This document shows, in pieces, positions 1 to 13,760 of a stretch of 64,000 bases of DNA. The notes beneath the pieces are model-generated. The model saw nothing but the letters and a program-made list of their open reading frames with translations, had not been told where the DNA came from and made no database searches. Source of the DNA: Octopus sinensis (lineage: Eukaryota); the NCBI RefSeq assembly GCF_006345805.1, contig NW_021832134.1:40210-104209 (forward strand), given 5' to 3'. The position numbers and the translations under genes are program-made. How positions within the stretch are numbered: position 1 is the first letter of the stretch; every line of letters starts with the position of its first letter.

Positions 1-51
1 AGAGAGAAAAAGGAAGAGAGAAAAAGAGGAGAGAGAAAGAGACAATGTGAA

Positions 52-106
<55 letters not shown>

Positions 107-534
107 GAAGTGGTAGAGAAATACTAATGAATAATTTTAGGGGGAGACAGAAGGCAGTGTATAACACATAACGAGTGAAAGACTTGATGGATTGGAAGCA
201 AAATAAAGCTGCCGAGATGTGAAGATGCAAAGAATGAATGAAAGAAAACTTGTAAGAGATTGCATAACAGATAATTACGCATCAAACTGCTAAATTAAAA
301 TTATATTCTTAGAAGACGTTGACAGCAGACATTTAGCTAATTTGAGAAGAGAATGAAGGTGTAAATAAGACAATGATGTTGGAAATAGCGAAATAGCGAG
401 GATCTTTTAGCGTAGGAAGAACGTCAGCTCGACCTAAAAGACAGCGATAACCCGTTATTTTGTCCTTATCGCTATAGCTTTAAATAGACAGATTCTAGTA
501 TTGAAAATAGTAATTTTGGACGAAAAAAATGTAG

Positions 535-576
<42 letters not shown>

Positions 577-1049
577 ATGCGATAAAAGATTAAGACAATT
601 ATTATTCTGTGAGAAATCGAAGTAGTACTCCATTCGTAAATTATTGATTTTGATTTTCGGGGAAGGAAGCAGTCAATTATATCGATCACGCTATTTGATT
701 GGTACTTATTGTAGCCCCCCGAGGAAGCCTAGACACTAGCATTCATTTTGGAAGAAATAACAGCAAAATCACTATCAAATAAAACCATGGTTTCGTACAA
801 AATAGAAATGCATTTGCCAATGTAGCCTCGGGTATTAAAAAACAAAAGCAAAACGGGATTGTCATGGATGGAACGTCTGTGAATGCTTGGTTAAGAGTAA
901 CACACCTAAATTATAGTTAATTCATATTTTATTCACCCGAAAAGATGAAGAGCAAAATTTATGTTGTTGAGATTTGAACGCGAGATTTAAAAAAACGTTA
1001 TACGCCCCACTTTAGATTCTGTTTAGCAACCACCCTGTTCTAACTATAA

Positions 1050-1227
1050 GTTGATTTCAAATTTTGGCACAGGGACAGTAATTTCGGGTAGTAGGTATTT
1101 TATCGATTCTGTAATGATGAAAGACACAGTCGACCGGGGCAGAATTTGAACTCAGAACGGGAAGACGGCCGAAAAGCCGCAAAGCACTTTGTCAGCGCGC
1201 TAACGATTCCGTCAGCTCGCCGCCTTC
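1050..1227 (-). mobile_element. tRNA-derived SINE, family A
   Basis: Reverse complement starts ggcggcgagctgacggaatcgttagc (A box), has gttctgagttcaaattctg (B box) and ends in the ...tgtgccaaaatttgaaatc tail. Homologous to the copies at 41785 and 44928. Confidence 0.8.
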
Positions 1228-1434
1228 CTGTTATATATTAGCGGAAACGTTATCTGGATGGATCGGTAGAATCGGTAAAAAGGCAGAAAAAATAGTCACA
1301 TCCATTCACATTCTAGGTTCAAACCACGGAGGAGTAGACTGGCCTATCCTCGTTGAAGGGTTAATAAAATAAAGGCTCATCTCCGATACTGTAATATGAA
1401 TACAAAGATATGGCAGTTCGAGATTCTCAGCTTA

Positions 1435-1915
1435 CCTTTTATCTTTTACTTGTATTGCTCATTTGAATGCGGCCATACTGGAGCACTGCCTTGAAGTGAT
1501 TTAGCAGAACAAATGACCCCGGGACTTACTTTATATTTTATTAAAGTCCAGTAGTTATTCTATCGGCCTCTTTTACCGAACCGCTAAGTTACAGAGACAT
1601 AAACAAACCAACACCGGCTGCCAAGTGGTGATGGGAGACAAACGAAGATATGAACACACACACACACACACACACACACACCATCTTGTTTAGATAAGTC
1701 CTAACGTTGTAGAGGTAATGGAAATTGTTTTTGGAAAGATATAAACAAAATTTAACATAAGTATGCAGTGTCTCATTTTCAGTGAGACACATCATAACAA
1801 ATTCCCTCACAAGGCTTTGGTCGGCCCGAGGCTATAGTAAAATATACTTGCCCAAGGTGCCATGCAGTTGGACTGGACCCGGAACCATGCGGTTGGGAAG
1901 CAGGCTTCTTACCAC
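1435..1915 (-). mobile_element. tRNA-derived SINE, family B, with internal (CA)n
   Basis: Head (ccttgggcaagt...cctcgggccgaccaaagccttgtgag) at 1803-1915 and tail (gaaccgctaagttac, ggagcactgcc) at 1435-1650. Matches the plus-strand copy at 21877-22265. Confidence 0.8.
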
Positions 1916-4595
1916 AAAGAGAAAATGTGTATTATCAGTGGGAAGGATATAGGTTGTTCAATTCATGAGACGCGGGAAGATATAACAGGCGTGTAAGTTT
2001 GATTCACAAATCTTGAGTATAATTATTTTAATTAACCAAAAATGTTGGAGAGATACCAATGTCAAATGTACAAGGAAGAAGCCTCAGAGTTGGACACTAT
2101 CAAGTCTGATAATGTATTTTGATTGAGGCATGAATGAATCCTGTAAATTTGAAATCCGTTCCGTATTTCAAATTGCAACGCTTCATTCTAATATTAATGT
2201 TCTTTGAAATTTGAAACGTTATTTATAGTAGGAGAGCTTCGATTGCAGCCCTTAGCGATGCCCATGAAAAACTTATGGAGGCATGTTATCACAGGTTTGC
2301 AAATATCCTGACTTTAAATGAAATCTCTCTTCTACATTTGTTTTCTCAGCTATCTTGTATTAGATGATAAACATTTTTTGAATATATTACCAACAATAAT
2401 TTAAAGAGAAATGAAGCGAATAGTTAAAAAGAATAATTTAAATAAAAGCAACTGCGTTTTTATATCTTTGTGGGTGCCATGCAGAACAACAGAAGATGTT
2501 TAAATCTTTTCTTTTGTTGGTAGTCCTGGCGGCTTATTGAGCATCTGAAGGTGTGTTTAGATCATGGTAAATCTAGGTTTTAACTGCATTGTTGAAACAA
2601 AAGTGGTTCTGCAGCTCATTCACCTCCCCATATTCTGATTCCTATTGACAGGAATTATGTTTGTTGTACTGACGCTAAGACCAAACCAACAAAAGAAAAA
2701 AAAACAAAAAAAATCATTCGAGACTGCTTTTATCTGTTCGGATGAAGCACCACAAATGTCGAGGTCTGTATATGAATTTGTTGATCTCACATCTCGTGAT
2801 CTTTTTTTAAAAATGATTTATTGTTTAGTGACAATATCATGATGTTTCTATGCGATTTTCAACAAAGATTTCTGTTTTGAAAGGAAATTGTGAGAGTTGC
2901 TATTGTATGTGAATACAGTTAGGACCAATTCGCCATTTTGGAAGACCGAGAAGAAAGAAATTTACCATAAATATGCGACTACAAAATCAGGAGGGCTGAT
3001 TTTCTGCTTCTCGTTATGAAATAAAAGGGTCAATTGAATTCCTATGCCAATACTAAGCATTCATATGAAACTAAGTTTGTATTGAATGAACGTAAAATTA
3101 TAAACGAAGCTTTCGGCTGGTCATTGGATTTTACAAACTTTACAGAACAAGTAAAAGCATCCTTTACTAATGTGGTTGATTCTACAAATGTGGAAATTAT
3201 TAGCATAGCTGATTGGTGCAAACATGCACTTCAGTAAAATCAGGCAATGAAAAACAGTCTGTAAAAAAATATACAATAGAATTTCTAAGCAACTGTAACA
3301 AAGGTGGAGTGACCTTCTAGTTTGACCTTGTGAAAGACATGTGCTGTAATGTTATAAAGAAATTTAAACAAGGATAAAAGGATTTGTAATGGAATATAGA
3401 TTCCAATGACCTATATTAATGAACGCATGATTCAAGACAACTTCATTAAAGAAAGTGAACATTATGGAAAATATGTTGTTGCGCCAAGTATTAAGCTGGA
3501 AACTTCTTACACTACTGCCATTCATTTTGACGCGATTACAAATTGCTATTCCTTTCACAATGACAGCCAATAAATCTTAATATCAATCATTGAGTACAAT
3601 AGGTCAGTTCTGACCAATTGATCTATTTGTGTATAGACCATTGTATTCAGCTCTATCAAGAACTAAACTGTCTGCTGCAGGTCTACAGACAAACGTCGAA
3701 AAAAGTTACCAGCCATTGTTACTCTTACGACAGCATTTCCAATTTACTTCTTTACTTATGTATCATTCGGACACTTAATTCAGTTATATTCATGGGTGAA
3801 TCTCTCTCTCACCCCCTCTCTCTCAACGCCTTCCTCTCTCTTCTCTCTCTCTCTCCTCTAAGCTATGATATATATATATATAGATACTATATATATATAT
3901 TATATATATATATATATTATACATAGATACCAACACACTCACACACACATATACGCGCGCACACACACGGATTATATATGTATGTATATCTATCTATCTA
4001 TCTATCTATCTGTATGTACATATATACATGAATCGTTATATATATATTATATATATGTAATATATATATATATATAGATATATATATATATATTATGTGA
4101 AATAGAAAGATGAATAATCTTGTAGTAGATTAATCAAAAGTTTAACCGATACCTTAGTAGCAAAAATCACAGCAGTAAACAGCACGGTTGGAGGTACAAC
4201 CATCTGGCGTTGAAACGTGCGTTGGTGCGGATAATGAAATTAAAACATTATTGGTGAATTCTCGGTCACAAAGAACATCTATACACCCTCACCCACATGA
4301 TGACCGATGCCTGACCCGTGATTCTTCAGCCACCGGTCTCAAACATACATGATAAACAGTTTCGCCATGGGCTCTTAGGAGCACAGTTCGATTTGTTTTT
4401 TGCTCCGCTTCTGTTCTGTTTTTGTTTTTCCAACGGATTCCTTTTTCTTCCTGAAGAGAAAGACACAATATGGTCCCATTATTCAATCGGATTTTGGTAA
4501 TGTTGCCTTTCGAAACACGTGTAGAATGAAATAAAACGATTTCTGTTCAAGCTGCGTTCAGCTCCATTTCTTCAATTCACCAATATGTTTTATAT

Positions 4596-4653
<58 letters not shown>

Positions 4654-4707
4654 TTATATACATATATATATAGATATATATATATATATATATATAATAT
4701 ATATATC

Positions 4708-4751
<44 letters not shown>

Positions 4752-5519
4752 TTCTTTGATCTTATTTATTTTTATCCTACTTTATTTTTTTAATCATCGT
4801 ATAAATTTATTATCAATAACAACAACTGCTGCATAGCAACAGTTTCAACTACAAGTGATAGGAAACTGTCGTATAAGCTGAAGGCACGAGTGTTCGCTTC
4901 TTACAAGGAGGAAAAATAAAAAAATGAAAAAATAAAAGGGCAAATTAAAAATGTTTGTTGCCCCAGGTCTAATTAGATCGAGCAAAGCTATGACCAAATA
5001 CTTCCACCCGTGATCAGACCGTGTTTTCTGAGCTGGAAGGTATGATGTGAAAGAAATTTAATTATTATTTCGACAATTTAGAAATAACACCTGAATCTCC
5101 CTCAAATTTTATATTACTATTGGAAGTATTGGATATATATTGTATCCTTGATTTAATATGCTTAATATAATACATCTCGGTCTATCTCATCTCATGTCTC
5201 TTTCCATCTTAATGATAATGAGGTGTGATTTCTCAGAAAATTTAGCACTTGTTTCCAGCAAACTAAACAATTGGTCTGTAGGCTCGTCAGATACCAGTTG
5301 TATAAAATGTGTTGAGTCAATCAACTTATAAAGTTTCACAACAAAACATGTTGCCTCGGAGAAGATGTATGAAAAATTGTTTATCATAATATGTAGAAGA
5401 ATGTGTTAACGTAAAAAAACTATAGCTAGAGCTACTAAATATTTTGTCATGATTTCAGTGTGTGTAGGACGATTATCAATTGTATTATTGCTTCTATTTC
5501 CCATATATGTTATTATCTA

Positions 5520-5700
5520 ATGCTACAGATGAATAGGAAAAAAAGACAGGTGAAGGAACAACAGACAGGTAGTTTAGTTTGACACTCGCGAATAATGAAA
5601 AAGTATTTGACGTTTCGAGCCTATGCTCTTCGACAGAAAGGGTGAGGGAGAAAAAGGAGAAAGAGAGAAAAATGTGTCGGGATAAACGGTTTAGTATGAT
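5520..5700 (-). mobile_element. Repeat terminus with minimal hammerhead-like motif (family G, probable Penelope-like terminal repeat)
   Basis: Minus strand reads tttCTGTCGA-a-GAGC-atag-GCTC-GAAA-cgtcaaa (5606-5639). Same core as 36960 and 39121. Confidence 0.55.
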
Positions 5701-5761
5701 GTGTGTGTATATTATATATATATATATATAATATATATATATAATATATTACTATATATCT

Positions 5762-5965
5762 TTTTTACTCTTTTATTGTTTCAGTGATTTGACTGCGGCC
5801 ATGCTGAAGCACCGCCTTTAGTCGAGCAAATCGACCCCAGGACTTATTATTTGTAAGCCTAGTACTTATTCTATCGGTCTCTCGTGCCGAACCGTTAAGT
5901 TACGGGAACGTAAGCACGCCACTGTCAGTTGTGAAGCGATGTTGTGGAGGACAAACACAGACACA

Positions 5966-6014
<49 letters not shown>

Positions 6015-6290
6015 ACAAATATTATATATGTGCTTCAGCATGGTAGCAGCTCTGAGCTGAAACTAAAAAAAAGAATAAAATATGTCAGTTGTCAAGCGAT
6101 GATGTGGGGACAAACACAGACCTCCCCCCACATATATTATATGACGGACTTCTTTCAGTTTCCGTCTACCAAATCCACTCACAAGGCTTTGGTCGGCCCG
6201 AGGCTATAGTAGAAGACACATGGCCAAGGTGCCACACAGTGGGACTGAACCCGGAACCATGTGGTTGGTAAGCAATCTACTTACCACACA
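5762..6290 (-). mobile_element. SINE family B
   Basis: Tail 5762-5960, (CA)n, head 6143-6290. High identity to the other family B copies. Confidence 0.85.
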
Positions 6291-7897
6291 CCCAAGAACC
6301 TCTACATGTTTTCTGAGCCATTTCTAGTTACCAAATTTTAGTAGCAAGTTCCCTCCGAATCAATGTGTAGTACCGCCATACCGAAACCGTTACGGCATGG
6401 GTAATTGAAAAGAGAATTTCTTAAGCGTTTGGTCATGCCTTGTGATGTTATAAGAAAATATTATTACAGTTACTAAACATCATGTCACCATTTCACACTT
6501 GTTATCATTTCCCATCATTATTTCACTTACATGTCAATATACTTTCTAATCTGTACATCAATGTGACTTTGTCGCAGTCTGCCATCTTGCTTGATTTGCA
6601 TGCAAGCGTTATTAATGATCTCCCTTGTTCAAATCAAGGTTGGTTGAATATTTTTAATTAAACCGTACGCTCATTTGAACATGGGAATACAGTATATAGG
6701 AAATCTATAATCCATATACATTAATTGCTATTTAATCAGTCTTAAACTATAATGATTCTGCTAGCTTTTCAGACGATATCTGTGATTAAATGAAATTGGT
6801 TTTGTCTAGCGATTGTAAGTGGCTGCCTTAACCTTCTGTGGTTTATATTCCGGCTAAGTAATTTTAGAATTGTCAAACTACAGAAACAGAAAATATGTGG
6901 AGGTATGACTATGTAATCAAGGTGTTCGCTTCACCAGTCATATGGATATGGTTTCGATTTCACTGCACGGTGTCTCAGGCAGTGTCATCTAATACATCCT
7001 TGGTTCTATCCAAACCTTTTAAGTAAAGCCGAAGGAATGGAAACTCTATGGAAGTATATTAGATGGACTGTACCTGTCCATGGGTGGTATACATTTTCCG
7101 TCGCCAGTGTTAATACCTATCCACATAATATTGGCTTGTCAGCGGAATTTACGCATTTTCTATTTAATTTAATGCTTTCCGATGTTATTTGAATTAACAT
7201 GAAAAATACATTTTAATCAAAGTGTTATACGTTTTTTGAAGCCCTATTCTTCCTCTACAACTTTTCGTTTATTGTTATCGAAATTTGAATAAATTCTATC
7301 CCTTTTCTGACATATGCCAATATTTAACAAAAACAAAAGAATTAATTCTAGACGTGTCTACACTGTCGTAGTTTGAGAATTAACCATGACATTTCTCCAT
7401 TTCATCACAAGACTGTTTAAAGGGTCATGGGAACAATCCGTAGTTCGTATAATATTTAAGTTTTAAATTCAGGTCTGGAGTTTTGAAAATATTGTCGAAT
7501 TTCGTTCATATATTTTATCCTAAAATTTCTACAAGTTGAACCTTAGAAAAGTCTTACATATTTTAGCTGTTCCGCTTACAGATTGCACACGCATTAGTCA
7601 TCTTTTCCCTTCGTCTTAAAATACTAACTTTTCCCAATTGTCACTTAAACTCAACCATGTGTTCCAATATTTGTTGGTACAATTGTGAATTTTAATCAGA
7701 AGAGAAAAGGTGCAGATTTCGAAGCAGTTGTACATCAAATTTTCTTCTTGCCCTTTTTAGAATGAGCCTTTGTGACTGTACATGACTTTTCTTTTCTATT
7801 CCAAATACCTATATCAGACGTGTTGTGTTTCTATGTATGTATGTATGTATGTATGTATGTATGTATGTATGTATGTATGTATGTATGTATGCATGTG

Positions 7898-8285
7898 AGT
7901 GGAGGCGCAATGACCCAGTGGTTAGGGCAGCGGACTCGCGGTCATAGGATCGCGGTTTCGATTCCCAGACCGGGCATTGTGAGTGTTTATTGAGCGAAAA
8001 CACTAAAGCTCCACGAGGCTCCGGCAGGGGATGGTGGTGATCCCATGCTGTACTCTTTCACCACAACTTTCTCTCACTCTTACTTCCTGTTTCTGTTGTA
8101 CCTGTATTTCAAAGGGCCGGCCTTGTCACTCTCTGTGTCACGCTGAATATCCCCGAGAACTACGTTAAGGGTACACGTGTCTGTAGAGTGCTCAGCCATT
8201 TACACGTTAATTTCACGAGCAGGCTGTTCCGTTGATTCGGATCAGCCGGAATCCTCGTCGTCGTAACCGACGGAGTGCTTCCAAA
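7898..8285 (+). mobile_element. tRNA(Arg)-like SINE (OR-type head) with ATGT-associated 3' module
   Basis: A box tgacccagtgg, gactcgcggtc anticodon-like arm, B box ggtttcgattccc. First ~197 bp shared with 47351-47548. (TATG)n on both sides. Confidence 0.8.
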
Positions 8286-8569
8286 ATGTATGTATGTATG
8301 TATGTATGTATGTATGTATGTATGTATGTATGTATGTATGTATGTATGTATGTATGTATGTATGTATGGTCGTGTGTTTGGTCTCTTTCTCTTTTTAATT
8401 TAGAGTTAATTTAGAGTTGCAAGGTTGTGAAGGATGGCTTGGGTGCAATAGATCTGAATGAATCAACATACGCGGAAAAACTGAAGATTTTCAGCATCAT
8501 TTTAAACAAGTTCATTAAAAAAAAACCAGTGAATTTATATAGTTATATTTATTTAAAGTAATAATTCTT

Positions 8570-8775
8570 TTTAAATTTGGCACAAAACCATTAATTTTAA
8601 GGGAAGGTGTAAGTCGATTACATATGTGTTCAACTGGTACTTTTTTTTATCGACACTAGAGGGATGAAAGGCAAAGCCTACCTCGGCGAAATTTGAACTT
8701 AGAACATTAAGAGCCGGGAGAAATGCTGCTATCTATTGTGTCTGATGAGCTAATGATTCTATTAACTCACCGCCT
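8570..8775 (-). mobile_element. SINE family A, diverged
   Basis: Contains gaaaggcaaagcctacctcggcgaaatttgaact, matching the family A body. Confidence 0.7.
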
Positions 8776-9921
8776 TGTATTAGATAACAATAAACGCGGG
8801 CAGAGCTGGGTACTGTTACTAGGGCTCACTATTTAATCATTTATTAATGATTGTAGCGTATGATTTGTGGGGCGAGACCTGTCTCCTTGCAAACTGGACA
8901 GCTGTTGTTTCTTTTCTGTGTTTTCTTTTATTTGATGCTATATCTGTATATTTGAAGAGCAGTTGTGCAGTCCTTTTAAATAAACTTGCCCACGAATAAG
9001 ATGAAAACGGCAGGGTGATAAATTAAACGGGAATTCATTCGCGAGATTGGTCTTGCTTATTAAGATAGAAAGCAAGGTTTGGCCTGGATTTTTCAGGGTA
9101 TCGATTCAACAAGAATTGATCCATGAAAGATAGGCTGAAAAATTCTTAGAAGGATGAAAAATATGTTTTTTGAAAAGTTTTTTAGAAAGAATACGGAGAG
9201 TAGATTATGTCCTTAGTTTTTGATGTACTGTCTCGCGATTTGTTTCGTTAATTGTATCGTATCTTCGTGCATAAAGTGATTGAGCAGTCTGTTGAGGAGG
9301 CACAAGCACACACACACACAACACACACACACACACACACACACATACACACACACACACACACACACATACACACACACACACACACAACGCAAACCCA
9401 CTCACTCATTCAAACACGCACGTATACATGCATATATACGTTATTAATCTTGTTCCTGGTATATAGAACTCGAATATAATTTTTAACATCTTATGTAAAA
9501 AAAAAAAATAAAAAGATCTGCTGTAATTAGTATAATACTTTCTTCTATCCTGTTAAGTTTTGTCACATGATGTATTAATATAAATGCACTTGGTAACATA
9601 GGAGATAATTTTTCTTAGTGTTTTGATGTAATATTAAATCGAATCTTGATTGGTTCTGTGAGCAACTCTGCTATTCAGTGCATCACGATATCTCGATGAT
9701 ATTGTCTCTTTGTATAAGATCGTACAACATAATTACACCACCTGCTATACGTATTTCAGATTTACTTTCTACTTACATTCTCCCTCCCCCTACTTTTTTC
9801 TTAAAAGTATAGCTAACTCTATGAATCATTCTAATTTTTAATATCATTATTTTATAACTACCATTATTATCTTTTACTAACAAGATCTACATTATTTTCC
9901 GCATTCCTCTACCGATAGGAA

Positions 9922-10009
<88 letters not shown>

Positions 10010-10010
10010 G

Positions 10011-10044
<34 letters not shown>

Positions 10045-10352
10045 ATGTATATATATATATGTAATTATTAATAAGGGTGAGAGAATTAGATACTAATTTA
10101 ATAGCATATCTATTCAACACCAAGTGGCCCAGTGCCTCGAGAAACCTGGATTATTATAATATTTTATAATATATTATAATGTTTTATACAAAAATAAATA
10201 TAAGAGAATGGTCACTATGTGGCTCATTCTAGCACTAGAAAATCCAAAAGGTTTCAACCACAAAAATACATGTTTCCTATGAAAGTCAGTACGATTGTTA
10301 GCTCACACGAACAGGGCAGATAAAAAATAACAAAAATACAGATTATTTTGGG

Positions 10353-10409
<57 letters not shown>

Positions 10410-10452
10410 GTAATATATATATATTATATATATATATATGTATATATATATG

Positions 10453-10484
<32 letters not shown>

Positions 10485-10496
10485 TGTATATATATG

Positions 10497-10554
<58 letters not shown>

Positions 10555-10644
10555 CACACGTACACGTATATATGTGTATGTATGCGCATGCATGTTTGTA
10601 TTTATCTGACCATCAATGTACATGTATGTATGTACATTCTTTTA

Positions 10645-11035
10645 TTCTTGTATTTATTTCATGACTGCGACCATGCTGGAGCACAACCTTAAATAGTTTT
10701 AGTCGAACAAATAGACTCCACGACTTATTCTTTGTAAGCCGAGTACTTACCCTATCGGTATCTTTTGCTGAACAGCTAAGGTACGGGAAAGTAAACACAC
10801 CAACTTCTGTTGTCAAGCGATGGTGGAGGGGCAAACACAGGCGCAAACAAGCAAACACACATACACACACATACACATACACTCACGGGCTTCTTTCAAT
10901 TTCCGTCTACCAAATCCACTCACGAGGCTTTGGTCAGCCCGAGGCTATAGTAGAGGACACTTGCCCAAGGTAACAGTAGGCCGGAACTCGGAACCATGTG
11001 ACTGGGAAGCAATGTTCTTTCCAACACAACCACGT
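10645..11035 (-). mobile_element. SINE family B
   Basis: Tail 10645-10840 and head 10885-11035 match the other family B copies. Confidence 0.85.
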
Positions 11036-11142
11036 CTGCATGCATACATACTATACACACAGACACACACACAAACACACACACATACACGCACGTATAT
11101 ACGCACACACACATACTGCGATATATGTACAAACAAGTATAT

Positions 11143-11190
<48 letters not shown>

Positions 11191-11268
11191 AGTATAAATA
11201 TATATATATATATATGCATATATACATACATATATGTACATACATACATATATATATATATGCATATA

Positions 11269-11740
11269 TGGGTACAGGACGTCACAAAACGTAAACAACA
11301 TGAAATACGAAGACAAACTTTTGTATGCGATAAACGAGAGAAACAAATGGAAAACAAGCAACATAAAAAACGACCCTTCATCATTTTTCGGCTGTCCATC
11401 TACTCCTCATTTCGAGCAATTAACGACAATATGAGTATTCGAAAAGGCAGTTGCTCCCGCTAACCAAAATAAAATTTGGAATTTGCGGAGGGTTTAAGTT
11501 GGTAACAAAAACAGGATAATGGAGGCATACAACAAGCCAAACGAAAATGAACATGGAAGGCCGTTAGGCCAGACGAATTAAGGTAGCGAAAGCTGACGGA
11601 ATTGAATATTGTCTTTGACAAGAAAATAAACAGAAGAGGAGACAGACAAGAATGCGTCTGGTCTGTAGGATAGACTTCAAAAAAGAAAGATGATCACGTG
11701 AGGAAAAGAAAGATGGTCGATGGTCACGTGTGAGCAACGA
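11269..11740. mobile_element. Unclassified interspersed repeat (family E) abutting a TA-rich tract
   Basis: Terminal tgggtacaggacgtcacaaaa recurs inverted at about 54025-54055, again next to a TA-rich tract. Confidence 0.5.
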
Positions 11741-11922
11741 GAGAGAGTAAAAGAAAGAGAGAGAGAGAGAGAGAGAGAGCTAGAAAACGGTGAAGGGGAG
11801 AGAAAAGAGAACTAGAAAAATAATGTGAGAGAAAAACGAAAGGGGAGAAGGGGAGAAAAAAGAATTAGAGAAAGGAAGAGAGAGAAAACGAAAGGGAGAG
11901 AAAGAAAGACAGACAGACGTAC

Positions 11923-11923
<1 letters not shown>

Positions 11924-11995
<72 letters not shown>
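11924..11995. repeat. (TAGA)n microsatellite
   Basis: Direct reading. Confidence 0.95.
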
Positions 11996-12532
11996 TAACG
12001 GTTGATAGATATGACCTGCGGTGATTCCAAGTATTGAATGGCATTCTTTTATTTCGCTACTTGATTACTTTCTTATGATATCTACTTATGTTCCTTATAA
12101 AGAAAGACACGAGTGAGAAGACTGGGGCAATTTTGATGAAGAAATTTTCTCGATTAGTAACGGCCCCTGATCGGCAATAACGATAAAAACCAATTATACC
12201 AACGCCATCACTACGAAGAACACCAATATCATAAAGCGCTATTTACTTCATTCCATACGCTAGCCAACAGAAGTATCGTTAATCTTTACCTTTTTACATT
12301 GAAATTACAGTTATGTCTGCCACTCACAATTCTTTGGTCTCGTACTATTTCCACAAAAGTACTCCTAACTTATTCGTCGTTCTGTCTCTCATCGCCCATG
12401 GTGAAACCACTTCACAAGTTTCCTATGTATCATATGTACTGTAAATACATACATACATACATACATACATACATACATACATACATACATACATACATAC
12501 ATACATACATACATACATAAATAAATACATAC

Positions 12533-12943
12533 AAAAGGAGAAAACTAATCCGAAGACTACAGATCCAATCTATCACTGGAACTGTAAAAATCTGTGAAAC
12601 ATTCCAGAAGTTTATCATTTAAGTATATATGAGCATGTCCAGATATGCAACTGTATGTATGAGAATACATACATAAAACATATAAATCTGCACATACATA
12701 CATACATACATACATACATACATACATACATACATACATACATACATACATACATACATACATACATACATAATACGTACATACATATATACATACATAC
12801 AGATAGACAGACAGACACATACAAATAAACAAAAATACCCTGTTGATGTTGAAATTCTAATGAAGGAGCCTTGGATGTAGGATAGAAACCGGTTCTTTCT
12901 CTATTGGCAATAAATCTTGAAATAAACTGAATAATGACATACA
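12533..12943 (+). mobile_element. 3' end of an RLE non-LTR retrotransposon inserted in (CATA)n
   Basis: 12536-12622 translates RRKLIRRLQIQSITGTVKICETFQKFII*, an RLE C-terminus. The 3' UTR is homologous (inverted) to 20362-20670 and ends actgaataatgacatac. 5' junction is in (CATA)n 12445-12532. Confidence 0.8.
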
Positions 12944-13029
12944 GACATGTATGTGTGTGTGTGTGTGTTGTGTGTACATTTACTCATTTTTTAAATTATA
13001 AAATTACTGAAACTACTAATCTGTTCAAA

Positions 13030-13760
13030 GTCGATTTCTGTAATGTTCTCCAAAACTTAAACTCGCGCTCTAATAATCTGAGTAAGAAACTCATATAGAA
13101 GCAAGAACAGTCCTGTCCTCCCACCCACTGTAGTGTTTAAAAGCCTGAAAGCCAATATCAGTAACAGGATATCTAATCTCTCCTCTGCAAAGGAAATTCC
13201 AGATAAGGCATCTCCCTACTACAACAATGCCCTAGCTAACAGTCGTTTCAAAGATATCTTATGATTAAAAATAAGAAACCTAAAAATAGATCAAGGAAAA
13301 TAATATGGTTCGACCACCACCTTTCCTGTTAAATGCTAAAACTAACACAGGTATGAAATTTCAGGCATTATTAGACATTTCCCTGTAAGCCACAGATATA
13401 GGAAGACTTTTAATAGACTCTCGATAAAGTTTCATACAGCTGCTACCCAAAAGGAAGTACATTATTACTCACAAGTCCCTCCAAGAGTCCATACCTAATT
13501 GTAACTGTCGAGACCCTGAAGCATGTCCATTTTATCGGATGTGTGTGATAAACTCAGTCTTTTATGAAGTCACAGAAGTGCTTTAAGATAAAGCAAACGA
13601 AAAGAAAAAAAATACGTCGGTTTAGGTGAAGGCAATTAAAAAAAATCTTTATGCAAACCTCCATTCGGACTCATCGACAAAAATAAATCCACCAAGTTGG
13701 CTAGCCATATATGAGATTTGAAGACCAACCACATACCATACAATTATACATGCACTCCAT
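13030..13760 (+). mobile_element. Decayed Penelope-like element (RT thumb, Cys-rich linker, GIY-YIG)
   Basis: Frame-broken peptides NRSRKIIWF, NCNCRDPEACP, YVGLGEG and STKLASHI(W)DLKTNHIPYNYT match the PLE thumb, linker and GIY-YIG endonuclease. Confidence 0.75.

Noticed and set aside
4289-4486. 65-aa minus-strand ORF in a moderately GC-rich patch
   Set aside because: No recognisable motif. Possibly a retroelement scrap, but unsupported.
7901-7975. SINE heads as functional tRNA genes
   Set aside because: The acceptor stems are incomplete and each head continues into a SINE body.
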